A model generated the notes under the pieces. It searched no databases. It was not told where the DNA came from and saw nothing but the letters and a program-made list of their open reading frames with translations. Source: Tubulanus polymorphus (lineage: Eukaryota > Animalia > Nemertea). Taken from it: a stretch of DNA of 64,000 nucleotides. This document shows positions 14,287 through 27,447 of the stretch, piece after piece (within the stretch, counting starts at the first letter, position 1; each line of letters opens with the position of its first letter). The stretch covers positions 7,420,778 to 7,484,777 of the forward strand of contig NC_134030.1 of assembly GCF_964204645.1 (NCBI RefSeq). Reading direction: 5' to 3'. A program made the position numbers and the translations under genes.

Positions 14287-14507
14287 TTTTTAGCCCCCTT
14301 GGCTAAAGGCCATTCGGGCTTATGTTGTACCCCTGTGTCTTAGTTGTGGTGTGGCATCAGTGTGTGCGTGCTTCAGATTTCTTGTGAACACTCTACAGAG
14401 GACAATTTTTGACCACTTGTCTTCAAATTCGGATATATGGTTTATGACCGACTATGATTCTTAGCAACTTACCAAGCAGGCATAGATAGATGCATTCGCG
14501 TCTTGTT
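14287..14507 (+). mobile_element. non-autonomous Helentron (HINE/DINE-1-like) relic
   Basis: Starts in a T-run with tttttagcccc + hairpin tggctaaaggcca + gggctta, then a short GT-rich microsatellite tract; ends with a small hairpin (gatgc attc gcgtc) and ttgtt. Confidence 0.5.
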
Positions 14508-16123
14508 AGAAAACAGCGCTAAATTTTTAAAAAGTGAATATTTACAAGGTACATCTTAGGAATAATGAGAAAACTTCCTCCTTCACGGAAAGTGAATTGC
14601 TGCTAGGTACGCATTTGGAATTATCCATTTTTAGGAACACAAAAGCTACCCCATCCCCCCATTATCCCCCCGGTCAGTACTATACCCACTTACAGCCGAT
14701 ATTAGTCTCAGACAACAGTAGCCGGTAACGGCTGCAAATAAAACTCGCTCACGCGTCTTTGCGTTTATCCACTACCTAAATGTATCGTTGATCGAACGGT
14801 TTAACGTGGCCTATCAGCTGAACTAATGGAAACAGCCACAATATACAATATATATATATATAACGTATCATGTATATGTTTGTCTCGTGTCAATTTCCGT
14901 CTCAATTTATAGACGTCCATTATCGAGTTTATCCTAATACGAACAGAGACACGACTAAACTGTTCCTCTCCGCATGTGCTGTGCGTGAGGCAGTTTGCAA
15001 TTTCGTCCGTCTATTTTCGGCGTAAAGTGCTTAATAACTGTGTAATATGCACGACACATGAAGCATTAGAACTTAGCACTTTCCGTTTTAACGTTTCGCA
15101 GTTTCAAACTCTCACGTTGGATAGATCGGATCGTTCATTTCGATGGCTTCCTCGTCGATATGACTCCGCAATATTGCGCGTTGAAGCTTTTAGGAAAGTT
15201 TCCGTAAGTTTTTTGAGAAAGTTTTCGAGATGATTTTCGGCATAAGGCAAATACTGAATTTATCGTAACATGGCAACAGGGTTACCTAAAAACAGTTACG
15301 CAGAACCATTCAGAAATAATCATAACTTAAGCCTTTCTTATCTAATGAACCAAGCTTCGTTGATTTTACAAAGTCAAAGTTGGCTTTGTGAAATATCTTG
15401 AATTTGCGTTCATTATACTAACAGTACCAATTTTGCTATTTGAAGCACCATCAATGCATGTGCACCCCTACCTCTGCTTGATACACATTTTAATCGAAAA
15501 TTTGAAATATTGAACATGTTAAATCTATATGAAAGTCCATTATTGATTCATACACTGCACTATGGTGTAGACGCACTGAAAGGGTTAATTGAAATGGCGA
15601 TGATACTTTTATCTGGTTAACATTGCAAATAATGTATGAGAACCACCTTTTCACTGCGATGATTTTTGTGCGTATGCTCGCGTAGTGAGTCGTGGAAACA
15701 GTTATATCATTCCTGCATTCATCGATCGATTTATCCATAATCAAGATGAACCGGCGAAAAAATATTGAATGTTCGTTTTTACGACGCAACGTTTTCACGC
15801 GCGACCCTCGCCGCGGACAATAGCGCGAAATTGATAATCATTTGTTTCGACGGAAATTTATCCGTTACGTCCTGATTACTTCAGACGGCGGAATCGGGTG
15901 AAAGTGACGACGTGTGTTGTGACGAACGAACGAAAACCGTTTCCATGAATATTTAACTATTTCGCGATTTTTTCACTTCGATTGCTGCTTGTTATGAATA
16001 GATCTGATTCCGCCTCCTGTAGTAATGTGATCTGTTCCGATGAATGGCGCAATTTAATTGAATCGTTGGTCGAAATTTCCTATCAAAACTTATGTCTTCA
16101 AGGTGTCGTTGAAGTGTTTCATA

Positions 16124-16370
16124 AGCCGTGTTCACACAAGTGTTTTTGGCCCGAGCAAAAAACGTCGGACCAGGTCCGAGCCAATTTTTAGCACGGTTAA
16201 AATTATTTCATGTGAATTGCCACAGGTTCTGGAAGTGACTGACTTCGCTTCCTTGAAGCATTGTTTAGTATTGAGTTAGTGATTAAGTTGTGAACGCGCT
16301 CTTTAATTAGGCACGGGCCTGATTCGTGGTGCCATTGCCCAAGCCAAATGGTCTCCGTATGATCGCGGCT
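16124..16370. mobile_element. MITE family A copy
   Basis: agccgtgttcacac ... gtatgatcgcggct termini and the shared internal sequence. Confidence 0.75.
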
Positions 16371-18689
16371 GTAGATATTGCCATGTCTGACATTTTTTGG
16401 CGTTTTTAATACTGTCATTGGGCTTTAAGTTTCTCATCCATTGGTACCATACACTAGTGCTGAGTTTATTTATGAAAGCACCCATTTCCCCTTATCAATC
16501 AAGGGATATATTTGATATGTATCTGAGCTCGAAGGTAAAGCAAGTTTAACGCCCCTTACGAGCAATCTATTAAGAATCAAATGCATTTTCTATTATCTTC
16601 AGTTATCGCAATGTTTTGAGGGCTTCCACGTGGCCTCATATAAGTTTTGTTCTTAATAGTTTCCTTCAATCTCTGCCTAATCTTACCCCGGGGCGAATAT
16701 TCGAGCAAACCCATTTTTCAATATCGTGTTTGTCGAGCCCTGAGGATCCCATCGATTTGCTCGGGTGTGTGCGCACACACGCGGTTGAAGACTATTCTTC
16801 AAGAAAATTTAATAACCATAAATGAAAGATGAGCTCGACGTATTCGAAGCGTAATTACTATTAATCAGGTATATATTGATATAGATTCTCATGGGTTAAT
16901 AGCGGTTAACTAGGTTCAAACCCTGCGAGCTTTGATAAAAAATGATTTTATGCGGCCGAATATGAATTCGCCCGTAGGCTGTATAGTTTCCCGATGCATG
17001 CTGCGGTGGTAGTCAATGATAAGATGAAAGGAAAAGCAGTCCAGATGATGTTTTATCTTATTTGAGTCTTACCCTTCCTTGGTTAGGACTACAGTGAATT
17101 CTTTATGTTATTGATGTACGTACGACCAACAAGCGAATTACCTTTAGAACGAATTCAATTTTCTGATGGAGCTTTTAAGGTGAATGCCCCATTAGCTAAC
17201 TTCACTTAACCGCCTTCGGGGTTCTCCGATCTAATAGTATACATTGTAATTTTCCGCATGCGATAAGGGGTTGGTGGCGGCTGGCAATACCTGGTCAGTC
17301 TGGGAAAACAACGTGCATGTCAGGGAATAGTCGGGGAAAGGTCGCAGGAAAAAGCAGGTCAAATAAAAGTGGCCCTGACAGGATAAGGAGAACTTGATGG
17401 ACAATACACCTACACATGCCTGTAAAATGTCATTTTAGTCTGGTAGATGTATTAAGATTTACAAGCGATACCCTGATGTAAAGAATAAGAGTAGATAATA
17501 GGGTAGGAGTAGACATGAGCCATTGATGAATTGTTTACGTCGTTCTGCCTTTCACGGAATTTCACCTGATACTGAAAAAGATTGGTCTATTTAAGGCTTA
17601 CTTTCCAAATGTCACGTTATATCATATGCCGATATATCATATCAAGACCGATTAGATAACATCGTAAGCTGTAAACACTATCTACGAGATGCTCAGACGT
17701 AACAATATGAGCTGGATTAAGCCGGATTACGAGTAAATCTTAATAAATAGAGTACGGATCAGACTCAGATCAACATAAGATTACGACGGATCAACAAGTG
17801 CTGTTTGAGTTAATGACAGCGCTGTCAAGTGATCAGTGCCGATGATACTGAATCACTGTTCATCCTCTTCCTCTGACTATATATCTCTATTGAGATAATT
17901 AGTACTCGAGTATGTCAAACTTCACGCACTGATATGTCACGAGGAGACAGTTTCATTATCGGTAGCGGAATGCGTCCGTCTGGTCTGGACTGGACGCGCA
18001 CGTAGGAAGATTAGATGCTCTGTCCACATAGACTCAAGAGGAGCTGATAATCCTTTATACAGCATCTACGCTAATACTGCATATGGAGCTGTCTATTAAC
18101 AGTCAGTCAAAAGGTGTTTGCACTTGATATTATCAAACCCAGTTCCAACAAGTTGATGGCCATGCTTATGTAACTAAGTCTTTTCCCAATTCCTTTCTCA
18201 ATTTGCTCTTTTCTAATTACCATCTTCTCAGTCTTGAGCACTCCTTATCATATCAAGGGTTACATAGTTCATACTTATAATCTATAAAACAACATGGAAT
18301 CACTCCCTCTGATGATGGCTATAAGTTTACAGCCAAAACATCTGTTGTCGCTTTCTACGTCAAATGTGTGACTTCATGACAGCATAAGTTTGTCTGTTTA
18401 AGATTTGATCAACATGTCTTCCAGAGAACAGGTGTTGTACGCGTTTATGACAAGCTGTATAACCATCACTGACCAAGTGGACTAAAACTGCTTAGCATGC
18501 TTGCTTTCTACATACAAGACCCGGGTTTGATCCCGGGTGAGTGCGCGTAAATTCACCGTTACTTCTTATAATCGTTCCACTGGGCTGAAAAAAGGGGGTG
18601 CAATTTGATGATGTCACAGCTTTTATTGTAGGTCTATAGATCACAACTACTTCGCTCTGTAAATTCCAGCCAACATGATACAAAGAAGT

Positions 18690-18803
18690 GCAGAAACGTG
18701 GAATCAAACATGTTTCATATCTAGGAAACCATGTTTCTCGTTTCCTGTAAATGCACACGAAATAAGGAAACATTCGGAAATATGTTTGCGTCTCCTGTTT
18801 CCT
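18690..18803. repeat. dispersed repeat family F, opposite orientation
   Basis: Reverse complement aligns by eye with 23981-24085. Confidence 0.55.
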
Positions 18804-19404
18804 CTTTTCCCTGCCTCGTCAACGTGTGCGTTTGCGCTAAGATAAATCCACCGGAAAACATCCCGACGTGGAATAAATTTTTTACATAATTCCGAGCAAA
18901 CTGAAAATTGTTGTTCGCACAAGACAAAGCACGTGTTAGCGAATAAATTATAGTGTGTACTTGAAGTACACATTTGCGCTGCACAGCAACGACAACGCCG
19001 GGATAGAAGAGAGCAATTTCCTTTCTACGTTAGTTCACCCATCATCTCATCAGGAGGGTTTAACGTCGACTAATAAAAATTTTTCTCGAAAAACCTTGCA
19101 TTTTCATCATGTGTGTTTTCATCTAGCGCACGCGCGCTATCGAGTACTCCTCCGTGTTATTATCACCTGTCCAAAATTGATACTCGGGACTCGAGATGCA
19201 ATTGCCGTGGAACAGACGCGATGCGTAATAGCTCCGCTAATGTTAGTACCGCATTCTTGACGTCGCCTTTCAAATCTAATAAAACCAGTTACCTTTAATC
19301 TTCAGTCGATTAGAGCTAACGCTTTTTTCACTGCAATTCCTCGTTGAATGCCTAATACACGCATAATACGAGCGTCCATATTGTCTTCTTCGTCCTCTTC
19401 TATA

Positions 19405-19514
19405 ACCGCGATCGCACTGGGACGATTCGACCTGGGCCAAATTGGCATGGATCGGTGTGGAGTCAAGCCAAATTTGGCATGGCCCTGGTGTAAAATGCTC
19501 ATGTGATTGCGGCT
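19405..19514. mobile_element. MITE family A, internally deleted 110-bp copy
   Basis: accgcgatcgcac ... atgtgattgcggct termini, with ccaaatttggc motifs inside. Confidence 0.65.
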
Positions 19515-20571
19515 TTTACTTATCTTTCAGAAAATGGTCCTGCCGACACCCCTTTGATGTCATTCAATGAAATAGCTTCGTTTGACCTTATTTGTTTCGG
19601 ACCAAGTGAGTCGTGAGTGTATGAAAAGTCCAGCGTCAATTTGAAGTGTTGTTGTTGTTCATTTGAGACAGAAACTCATCCTAAACTATGGTAAACTCAT
19701 CCTCTCACCCAGTATAGCGATTCTAAGTTGTTTCGTTTCATCTAACTACAATGCGCCCATAACTTTCATTACATATGGTCTTGCTTGAAATAACTTGACA
19801 TTTATATTAAGCGTTTTCATCAAGGTAATATGAATTGACGTTCTATATGGACTGTAAATGAAACCCGTTTTATTTTGGCATCGTTAATACACTATTTCTT
19901 TTTTGGCCGGTGGTTACGTTAATCAGTTTGACCATGAATTTAGTGCCATTTTACGAGTTAATTCCGTTAATGGGCTGTTTAGACGCCGGAGCCTCGCGGG
20001 TCTGATTTTCTCGGGCGTCGCACGAGCGCCGGTAATCCGCGGTAAAGAGACCGCTTCAATTGACAAATGAACTCGAAATCCGCATCATTAACCGCGGCTG
20101 CGAACGTTCATTCTACGGTCGACGCGGGTTTTCAGCGAATTCGAAGCCTTCGTCGGTCCCTATAGTCTGAGCTGTCAGTCGGATGCGTTTAATGTTCAAT
20201 CACCGCCCCGGTACTTTCCGTGATGAAGTTTTATCCCCGCAGTATTTGTCACCGGATTCGGTAAACATCCTCGATACATGTGTTTGTACTCAGGCGTCTC
20301 ATATTGAAGTTCGAGCACGCAACAGAGTGGTATATATATATGTACTCGGGCTTTTTATACATTTTGATCGAACCATCGCTTGTCTGTTTCCGTGTTTACT
20401 GTGTGGCTGGCATTGGTATTGTTCCGGTGAGTGTTATTTAATGATTTTGTTGTCTTGTCTCGTGACGATTGTTTAAATTCAAGGGTTGATGGAAATTTTT
20501 GTGTATTTCTCTTCAGTTCACATCAGTTATGTATATATGTTAATCAAAATCTGATAACAATATAACTTAAA

Positions 20572-20883
20572 CCCTTTCAGCACTGACTTATCGATTCCCA
20601 AAAGTGCTGAAGATTATTTGAAAATGCTGAAAATTCTACACCAGTGTGTGTTCAATAACAAGCTAACTGTAATATCATGTCTACACCGCAGTGCAGTGTA
20701 TGGCTTATTACTAGTATTGAGATATGTTTGACATGTACTGCCATCTTTTAATGGAGATAAAAACTAATTACTTATTAGGTCAGTACACCGTGATGCGGTG
20801 CACTAGCAAACTCCATTACTAATTTATACACCACGGGGTTGTATATTAATACACCGCAGCGTGGTGTAGATGCACTGAAAGGG
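20572..20883. mobile_element. MITE family D (piggyBac-like)
   Basis: ttaa(a)ccctttcagc ... gcactgaaaggg|ttaa; internal repeats of acaccgcag / ggtgta. Confidence 0.7.
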
Positions 20884-21495
20884 TTAAGACAGGCTTTCGG
20901 TTGAATGCCCCTTAAAAGCTTTCTTCGCGTCAGAAGGATACGAACCAGCATTAAAATCGTCATTCACAACAATTCTCCGGAAATCCATTTCGAATCGATG
21001 AATATTTCAAATTTCTTACAGTCTCTCATTTCTTAATATCTTAAATTACGTCTTGTATAGTGAACATGATAATGCCGAGCTCTGTGTCTGTGTCATTCCC
21101 CCTGTGATAGTTTCACATTTAAAACATACTGCATATCAGCATTTTGTTCTTGTTTTGCCATTAACGTAATCCTTATCATATTAAATCTGATGTTGGCAAT
21201 GGGAGATTTATACGACAAGTGGGTAAGAAAAATCAGCTGGCGACGGCATTCAGCCAGCAGGATTTTGCTTATTGAGACTTTGTATGTAATAACGTAGCTT
21301 CGCGGTTTGCGATGGCTCGGTTTTGTGAAAAATTTTCAATTTGAAGAATCGGTTTGCAGTTTTTATCGATATTGATTTGAAGATTTAATTGTAAGTCATT
21401 CACTTGCTGCATAGAGCTTAACAGAGCGATCAGAGAAAGATTAACCAAATTCATACTTCGTTATCTAGAACATCTGATCCAATTTTGAAAGGACC

Positions 21496-21874
21496 AGGCG
21501 TTCACACTAGTGAAAGTCTGTTCTAAATTGGTCCCTGTTCTTCCCATTAAAAAGGACCAAGCATTCACCTTAGCCAAAAGTCTGTTCCTAAATCTATTTC
21601 AAAACGGGTTAATGTAGTTAAAAACGATCATAGAGACCAATCCAATTCCATTCTAGGTTTTAGAGCGGACCGCATGTGTGATTAGAAACGTTGCTCTCAA
21701 TCACAGTGTTGCAGTGGACCAGTGATAAAAGCTTTTTTTAAAACATTTTTGAATGCGCTGCATCGATTTGGTCCATTCCAAATTGGTTTGTCCCAGGTGT
21801 GGGGCCAAATTATGACTGACCAACTATCAATTGGCTATTGTTTTAAAGTTTGGTTACAATACAGTGTGAGCGTT
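21496..21874. mobile_element. MITE family E (Harbinger-like termini)
   Basis: aggcgttcacacta ... cagtgtgagcgtt; internal sequence shared with 29985-30242. Confidence 0.65.
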
Positions 21875-21909
21875 GACAATGATGATATTGGCGCGCTACT
21901 AGTATGTAG

Positions 21910-22014
<105 letters not shown>

Positions 22015-22574
22015 ATTAGCCCGGTGAATATTATGCATAAACCATCATCCAAATCTAATATTTGGTCGCTGTTGCACAAGAGAAGATTGACTTTGGTCCC
22101 ATGGGTCTAGTTCCCTATACGTAACATAGATATCATGTTAATGTGATTTCGTTGTCATCGGACTGATAGATTGATATCGTGGGTCGGCTTTAAAAACATT
22201 GATAGCTACTTTCAGCTTTATTCAATTACTACTTGTTGCTCTGCCATACCATTTGGCTCTTACAACCACTATCTACAGTAGCTATATATGGTTGTATTAA
22301 AAAACTGTGTACTTATAGATTCTGAATATATACATTAGACAAGTAAACAGCTAAAGATAGCTTCGTTATTTTAGTGAAGCTGGAAAAGCTGTAATCATTT
22401 TTCTTGTCAGTCTGTCGCGTGTCTTCAGGCTAGGATGATACAGACTTTTTAAAGTAAAATTCGTGGAATTAAGGCATATTTGAAGTGAGTTTCCGGTACC
22501 TGCTTTTGTAAATTAATGTCTGACATGAGGTTGGTACTTCTAAAAATCGGATGAAAATGGTATGGGCCCTTGCA

Positions 22575-22791
22575 TGTTTCACCCATGCCAAATTTGGCAG
22601 AACCTTACACCAAGCATGTGCCAAAATTTAGCATGGGTCAAATGATTGTATGAATACTAACTGGTTCTGGAGGTGATACCTGAGTGAATGGTTAACATGT
22701 TAACGTGCTGCCTAATTAGGCACAGGCCAAATTTGACTATGGTCTGGTCCAGGCCAATTTGACCTGGACCAAATTGTCTGTGAACGTAGCT
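22575..22791. mobile_element. MITE family A older copy, ~40 bp upstream of the intact copy
   Basis: gccaaatttggc, aaatgattgtatgaat, taattaggcacaggccaaatttgac, and the end tgtgaacgtagct. Confidence 0.6.
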
Positions 22792-22829
22792 GCTGTTATG
22801 ACACTCTCAAAAGTAGCATAACCCACATA

Positions 22830-23145
22830 AGCCGCGATCACACAAGCATTTTTGGCCCAGGCCAAATTTGGCCTGGAACAACTGCCAAATGGGCCCGAGC
22901 CAAATTTGGCCCGACCAAAAACGTCAGACCAGGCCCGAGCCTAATTTTAGCACCAGACAAATGATTGCGTTTGAATTGCAACTAGCACCTGAAATGATCC
23001 ACTTCGCTTTGTTTAAGCATTGTTGAGTATCGAGTGAATGGTTTGCGTGTGAACGCGTTCTCTAATAAGCCATGGGCCAAATTTGACCCGAGCCTGATCG
23101 GTGCCAATTTTGCCTGGGCCAAATCTTCTCTGTGTTATCGCGGCT
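22830..23145. mobile_element. MITE family A (PIF/Harbinger-like), most intact copy
   Basis: TIRs AGCCGCGATCACAC / GTGTTATCGCGGCT (1 mismatch), flanked by ATA on both sides (3-bp TSD); internal GGCCAAATTTGGCC palindromes. Confidence 0.8.
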
Positions 23146-23959
23146 ATATTCTATTGAATAAATTTTGTTGGTGGTTAACTGTAGCCTATCTCGTAGAAAT
23201 CAAGGTAGATTGTTCGGCGTGTTGCGCATCTCTTCGAGGCGTCTGCTGTTTTTATTTCCGTCGTCATCTTCGCCGCGCGCGATTAAATTCAACAATTGCG
23301 TTTTAAGCTTTTAATGGGCGATAAAATGAAATCAGGCGATCGCCGGGCTCGGCTCGTCGGCAATTACACAAACTCTTTCTCACGTCATCAACGCTACGAA
23401 TGAATCGAATCACAGAACGATTTACGGAATTCAGCTGCCGCCTGTTAAAATGTCACAATTCAATAACGACTCGCTGTCTGTCGAAGTGTACCGTCTCCGT
23501 TTGGCTGCGGGCTCTTGTACGGTGACAGGTATTCCGCGCAGGACGTCAGATCTGCGAGCTCAATTATTCAATTACCCACCCGCTGCCGCTGCTGCCCGTG
23601 GCTTGCGGACTGATGACAGCCCGTTATTGAATAATTTGGTTTAAAAGGAAAAGTTATAATTCATGAACTCGTGACTTCACCATCACCTGTCGTCTCCACG
23701 AATGAAGAACTAATTAAACTCTGTGGCTACGCCAAAAATTTATTACTTGATATATTCCTGATTATCCCTTGAGTTGTGTATTACATATATTGGTACAAAC
23801 TGATAAGGCTCTGGATCAGTTAATGAAAAAGTTCAACTCAACTTTTTGGTTACTGCTATTGTTGGTGACTTGACGTTTTGAATAGGGACAACAATTGAAA
23901 CTTGGTTATTTTAAGCTTAAACTTTTTCATGAAACTTACGCCTCGTCCACGTGCTGTGA

Positions 23960-24110
23960 AGCCCAATTCACACTACACGGGGAAACACGGAAACGCGCAA
24001 CATATTTCCGAGCGTTTCCCTGAATCCTCTCCATTTACGAGAAATGAGAAACATGTTTCCGAGATCAAGCTTGTGTCTCGTTTCTGGGCTACCTCGTTTC
24101 CCTGCGCGGG
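23960..24110. repeat. dispersed repeat family F (GGAAAC/GTTTCC-rich, Harbinger-like start)
   Basis: agcccaattcacac start; the body is the approximate reverse complement of 18690-18803 (catatttccga, cattta, gagaaacat). Confidence 0.55.
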
Positions 24111-24199
24111 GTTCTTTGGGCTTAACCAAAACATCATCCATCACGGTAACCTTGTTTCTGGTTGCTCCATCAGTTTTCATTTAAGTTAACACGGCGTCT

Positions 24200-24728
24200 A
24201 GGTATGGTAGCGCGATGAACATTTCTTGAACGACGTTACAATTCGTGTCTTCAGACCCTTTGTGTTTCTAGCAGCGCGTCGACGCTTGCCTGGTAGAATA
24301 TCAGGGATCAGAATACGACACGGCGACACGTTCTCGTCGATCATAATTCCGAACACACCGCGCTGGAATGTGTTTAGAAAGGCGTCGACTTCAAAGGAAA
24401 AACGTCGGCGATTTGATTGTCTTTGCGGCATCACTTGGCGTAACAAGTGACTCGAGCCGTGCCCGCAGGACCAGTGTGACGTGGACGTAATTGCGTTTTA
24501 TAGGACGCGACACGGCAGCGCAAGAGGGCGAGAGCTGTATTAGTTTACGCCGATCTAAGACGTTCGGCGTAGATAAATCTCGTTAGGACGACGGCCGCGG
24601 CGGCAGAAGACGTTTCCGTTCAAGTTTGTTAATAACGTCGGTTTCTCGTATTTCGTATCATTTTAGGTCGAAACGCTTGCAGGACGTAACAGCAAAACTG
24701 ATACAGTTCGACAGACGTACTCGATAAG
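24200..24728 (+). promoter_or_regulatory. CpG-rich candidate promoter / non-coding first exon of the nephrin-like gene
   Basis: Very CpG-dense block ending at a strong donor AAG|gtaagg (24728/24729), 2.7 kb upstream of the acceptor at 27447. Confidence 0.4.
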
Positions 24729-27447
24729 GTAAGGTTAACTGAAGTGACGCCGCCAGCTAGGGGAGATAAATTCTTCGGTTTTAAATGAGCTTTGTCTCAA
24801 AACCTAAGTTTCGAAGGCGAAGGCAGCTGTGTCTATTTCAGTCAAAATGAGTCAAAACTCAATGTTGTTATTATTATTAAACAGACTCTTTGCTAAAATG
24901 CAGTTGTAGCTCAAATTAGGAGTTAATTTACCCTCATGTTTGGATGACGTGGATTTAGGATGAGTCTAAGCCCGGGCCCCCTAGTGTTTGCTGAGATAGC
25001 AATTACTGCAAGATTTTGTTTTAGAATTATTCTAGATCCTTTGAGAAATAATTTTTTTCCAATTTTCCTATAGGCTTTGTACCTATGTAGCTTGCCGCTC
25101 ATGTACCAACCATGCAAATTAGCCTCGGCAGTTTTGGGCCCCCTTTCTGGATTTGCCCTGGATGAATTGTATCAGAAATTAAACCCTGCGTCTTCATGAT
25201 ATTTACCCGCCCATGTTCGCTGAAATTCATAAGCGAGAATTCATCTGGCCGCTTTAGGGCAATAGGAGCGTCTCGCCGACGACGCCGCGCTACGCTAATA
25301 ATGTTTGCCTCGTCGCGAAAAAATCGGTGTCACCCCGTTGTTTGAACTGCGTACATTTGATGCGAAAATTGTGTAGGACTTGTAGACACAACGACAGAGA
25401 AACAAATGTCACCGGCAGGATTTCAGTTCCAACCAGATTTATTCAATTAATAGCGCGTTGACGTTGAGTGCGAAAAACATTTCAGCACAAATCTACTTTT
25501 GTGCTATCGCCTGCTGAGATTATTATACCTGTATATTATCGACGCAAGGCCGAATACGGTTCGTACATTTTTGGTTGCTTAACAGACGTGTTAGGTTCCT
25601 CGATTCATCAAAGCAACGAATAAAAAAAACAATTTGATCCGAAGTATTTGTTCCGGCCATCTGCCTGTCTGTTTTGTTTGACGAAACACATTGTACTGGG
25701 TAAAATTGTATTGATGCGGAAAGTGTATTTTCTTAACCTATTACCCGCGACTTGCCTCTATTTCGATAAGCGGTTACTACAGGCTGGCTATAGTGCCAAC
25801 GGGTGCCTTTATTTTGAGCTGTCCTTTGGGTAATTCTTCGATAACAAAATTTTGCGAGGATTAGCTAATAAAAACTTACTCGTTAAAAAAAAAGGAATGA
25901 AAAGACAGCCGTTCCCTCGGCTTTTGTTTTCCCAACAACCCTACCTCCATCGCCCAACGCCGAAATGTAGGTGATTACGCTGAAAAAATAGTATGAAGCG
26001 ACTATCGACCTGTGAAACACTCCCGATCGAAGTGTCGCCGCAAGTTCAGGTAATTCATGGGGGTTTTGATGTTATTGAAAATCGAGAAGACAGTAAAATG
26101 TCAAGACATTTCAGCGATGACTGCGAGGGGAGAAGATGAAGGAGATTTCGCCACGATTGCGCGACGTAAGACAATTTAATTATACCTAATGCGTCGTCAA
26201 AAATGAAACCATGTTTTTCGAAGATCAAGCGGCTTAAACTTTTCGATAGCATAAGGTCTCGAACTTCCATCAACTTTATAGACTTTATATAGTGACAAGA
26301 GATGTAAGCCGGGAAAATTCGTCTGACATTCAGTAGCTCAGGATACTGTCGAGAATTATTTATGCACCGTATGTATGGCGGTGACGTCTTGAGAAATAAG
26401 AGATGCTTAGAGAGAATAGCTGTGGTTTTGAATAGTCTGCCCACTCCGTAGTCTATAAAGACTTTCATGGACATTTGGTAAAGACAAGCCGTATTGGAAC
26501 TAAAATTTCCTATTATATCCTTCAATTTAGTTTTAAGATCCTATAAATTCGACCTATATATTGTACCCCAATTTCCAATTTTGACTTCTTAGCCTCCTAT
26601 TTGTTCCTGGCAGTTGCGGTGGGTTTGAAAGGGACACACTAAAATTTTTTAGTTATAACTATTTGCAATCTTATAAGATATGTATTTTCTGCAATATTCA
26701 AATAGACCTATCAATGGATGTTCCCATCGTCACGCTTGTGTTAGTTGGTATGAGAATCAATCCAATTAGTTGTTCTTGTAGACATTGTTTCATACAGCCA
26801 TTATGAGGGGGTGTTCATTGGATAGACCGATAGGTACTTTTAGGCAAGGGTGTGTCACACATTGGAGTAGGCGCGATGCCGCCGCGTTAGAATTATAGCT
26901 GACGCTGTGGAGTTCTTGATTCCACCCACGGGTATATCACATGTATCCTTAGTTGGTAGAAATAAATGTTAGTTGGAAATATCACGCCAGCGAGAGCATG
27001 AATGGATGAGAGTCTAGTAGCATTTTAGTTATAGACGCCGTCGAGTAAGGATACACATCTCCTAGCGGGAACTTAGAGACTTCGATTTAGTTTCTTTCAA
27101 ATCTGTTGTCTTTGACGGTAAGCATTTAACAAAGTGAGGGCTTGATATTCTTATAAGATTCAAATAGCGCGTAAGAGGATTGTAGAAAACATTAATGAAG
27201 TTTTTCGAGTTTATTCACAACTTTTTGGATGATTGTTTCAAAAATGTTTACTTCTTTTTACTTGGAATTTTTTCCCAATGCGAAGGGAAGTAGAAATTCA
27301 TATCCCAAAGGTGCATATATATACGGGTTACGATGTCTTGAGTTCAGTTGATGCTATGTCTGAAACTTCGCTTACTTTTTCTTATGAATTGTTATCGAAA
27401 ATCGATATATCTGTTTAACTAATCATTGTCGTCGCGTTTATCTTCAG

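Noticed and set aside
26055-26525. 156-aa - strand ORF, the longest non-genic ORF
   Set aside because: Non-ATG start, no recognisable motif or splice context; composition resembles non-coding sequence.
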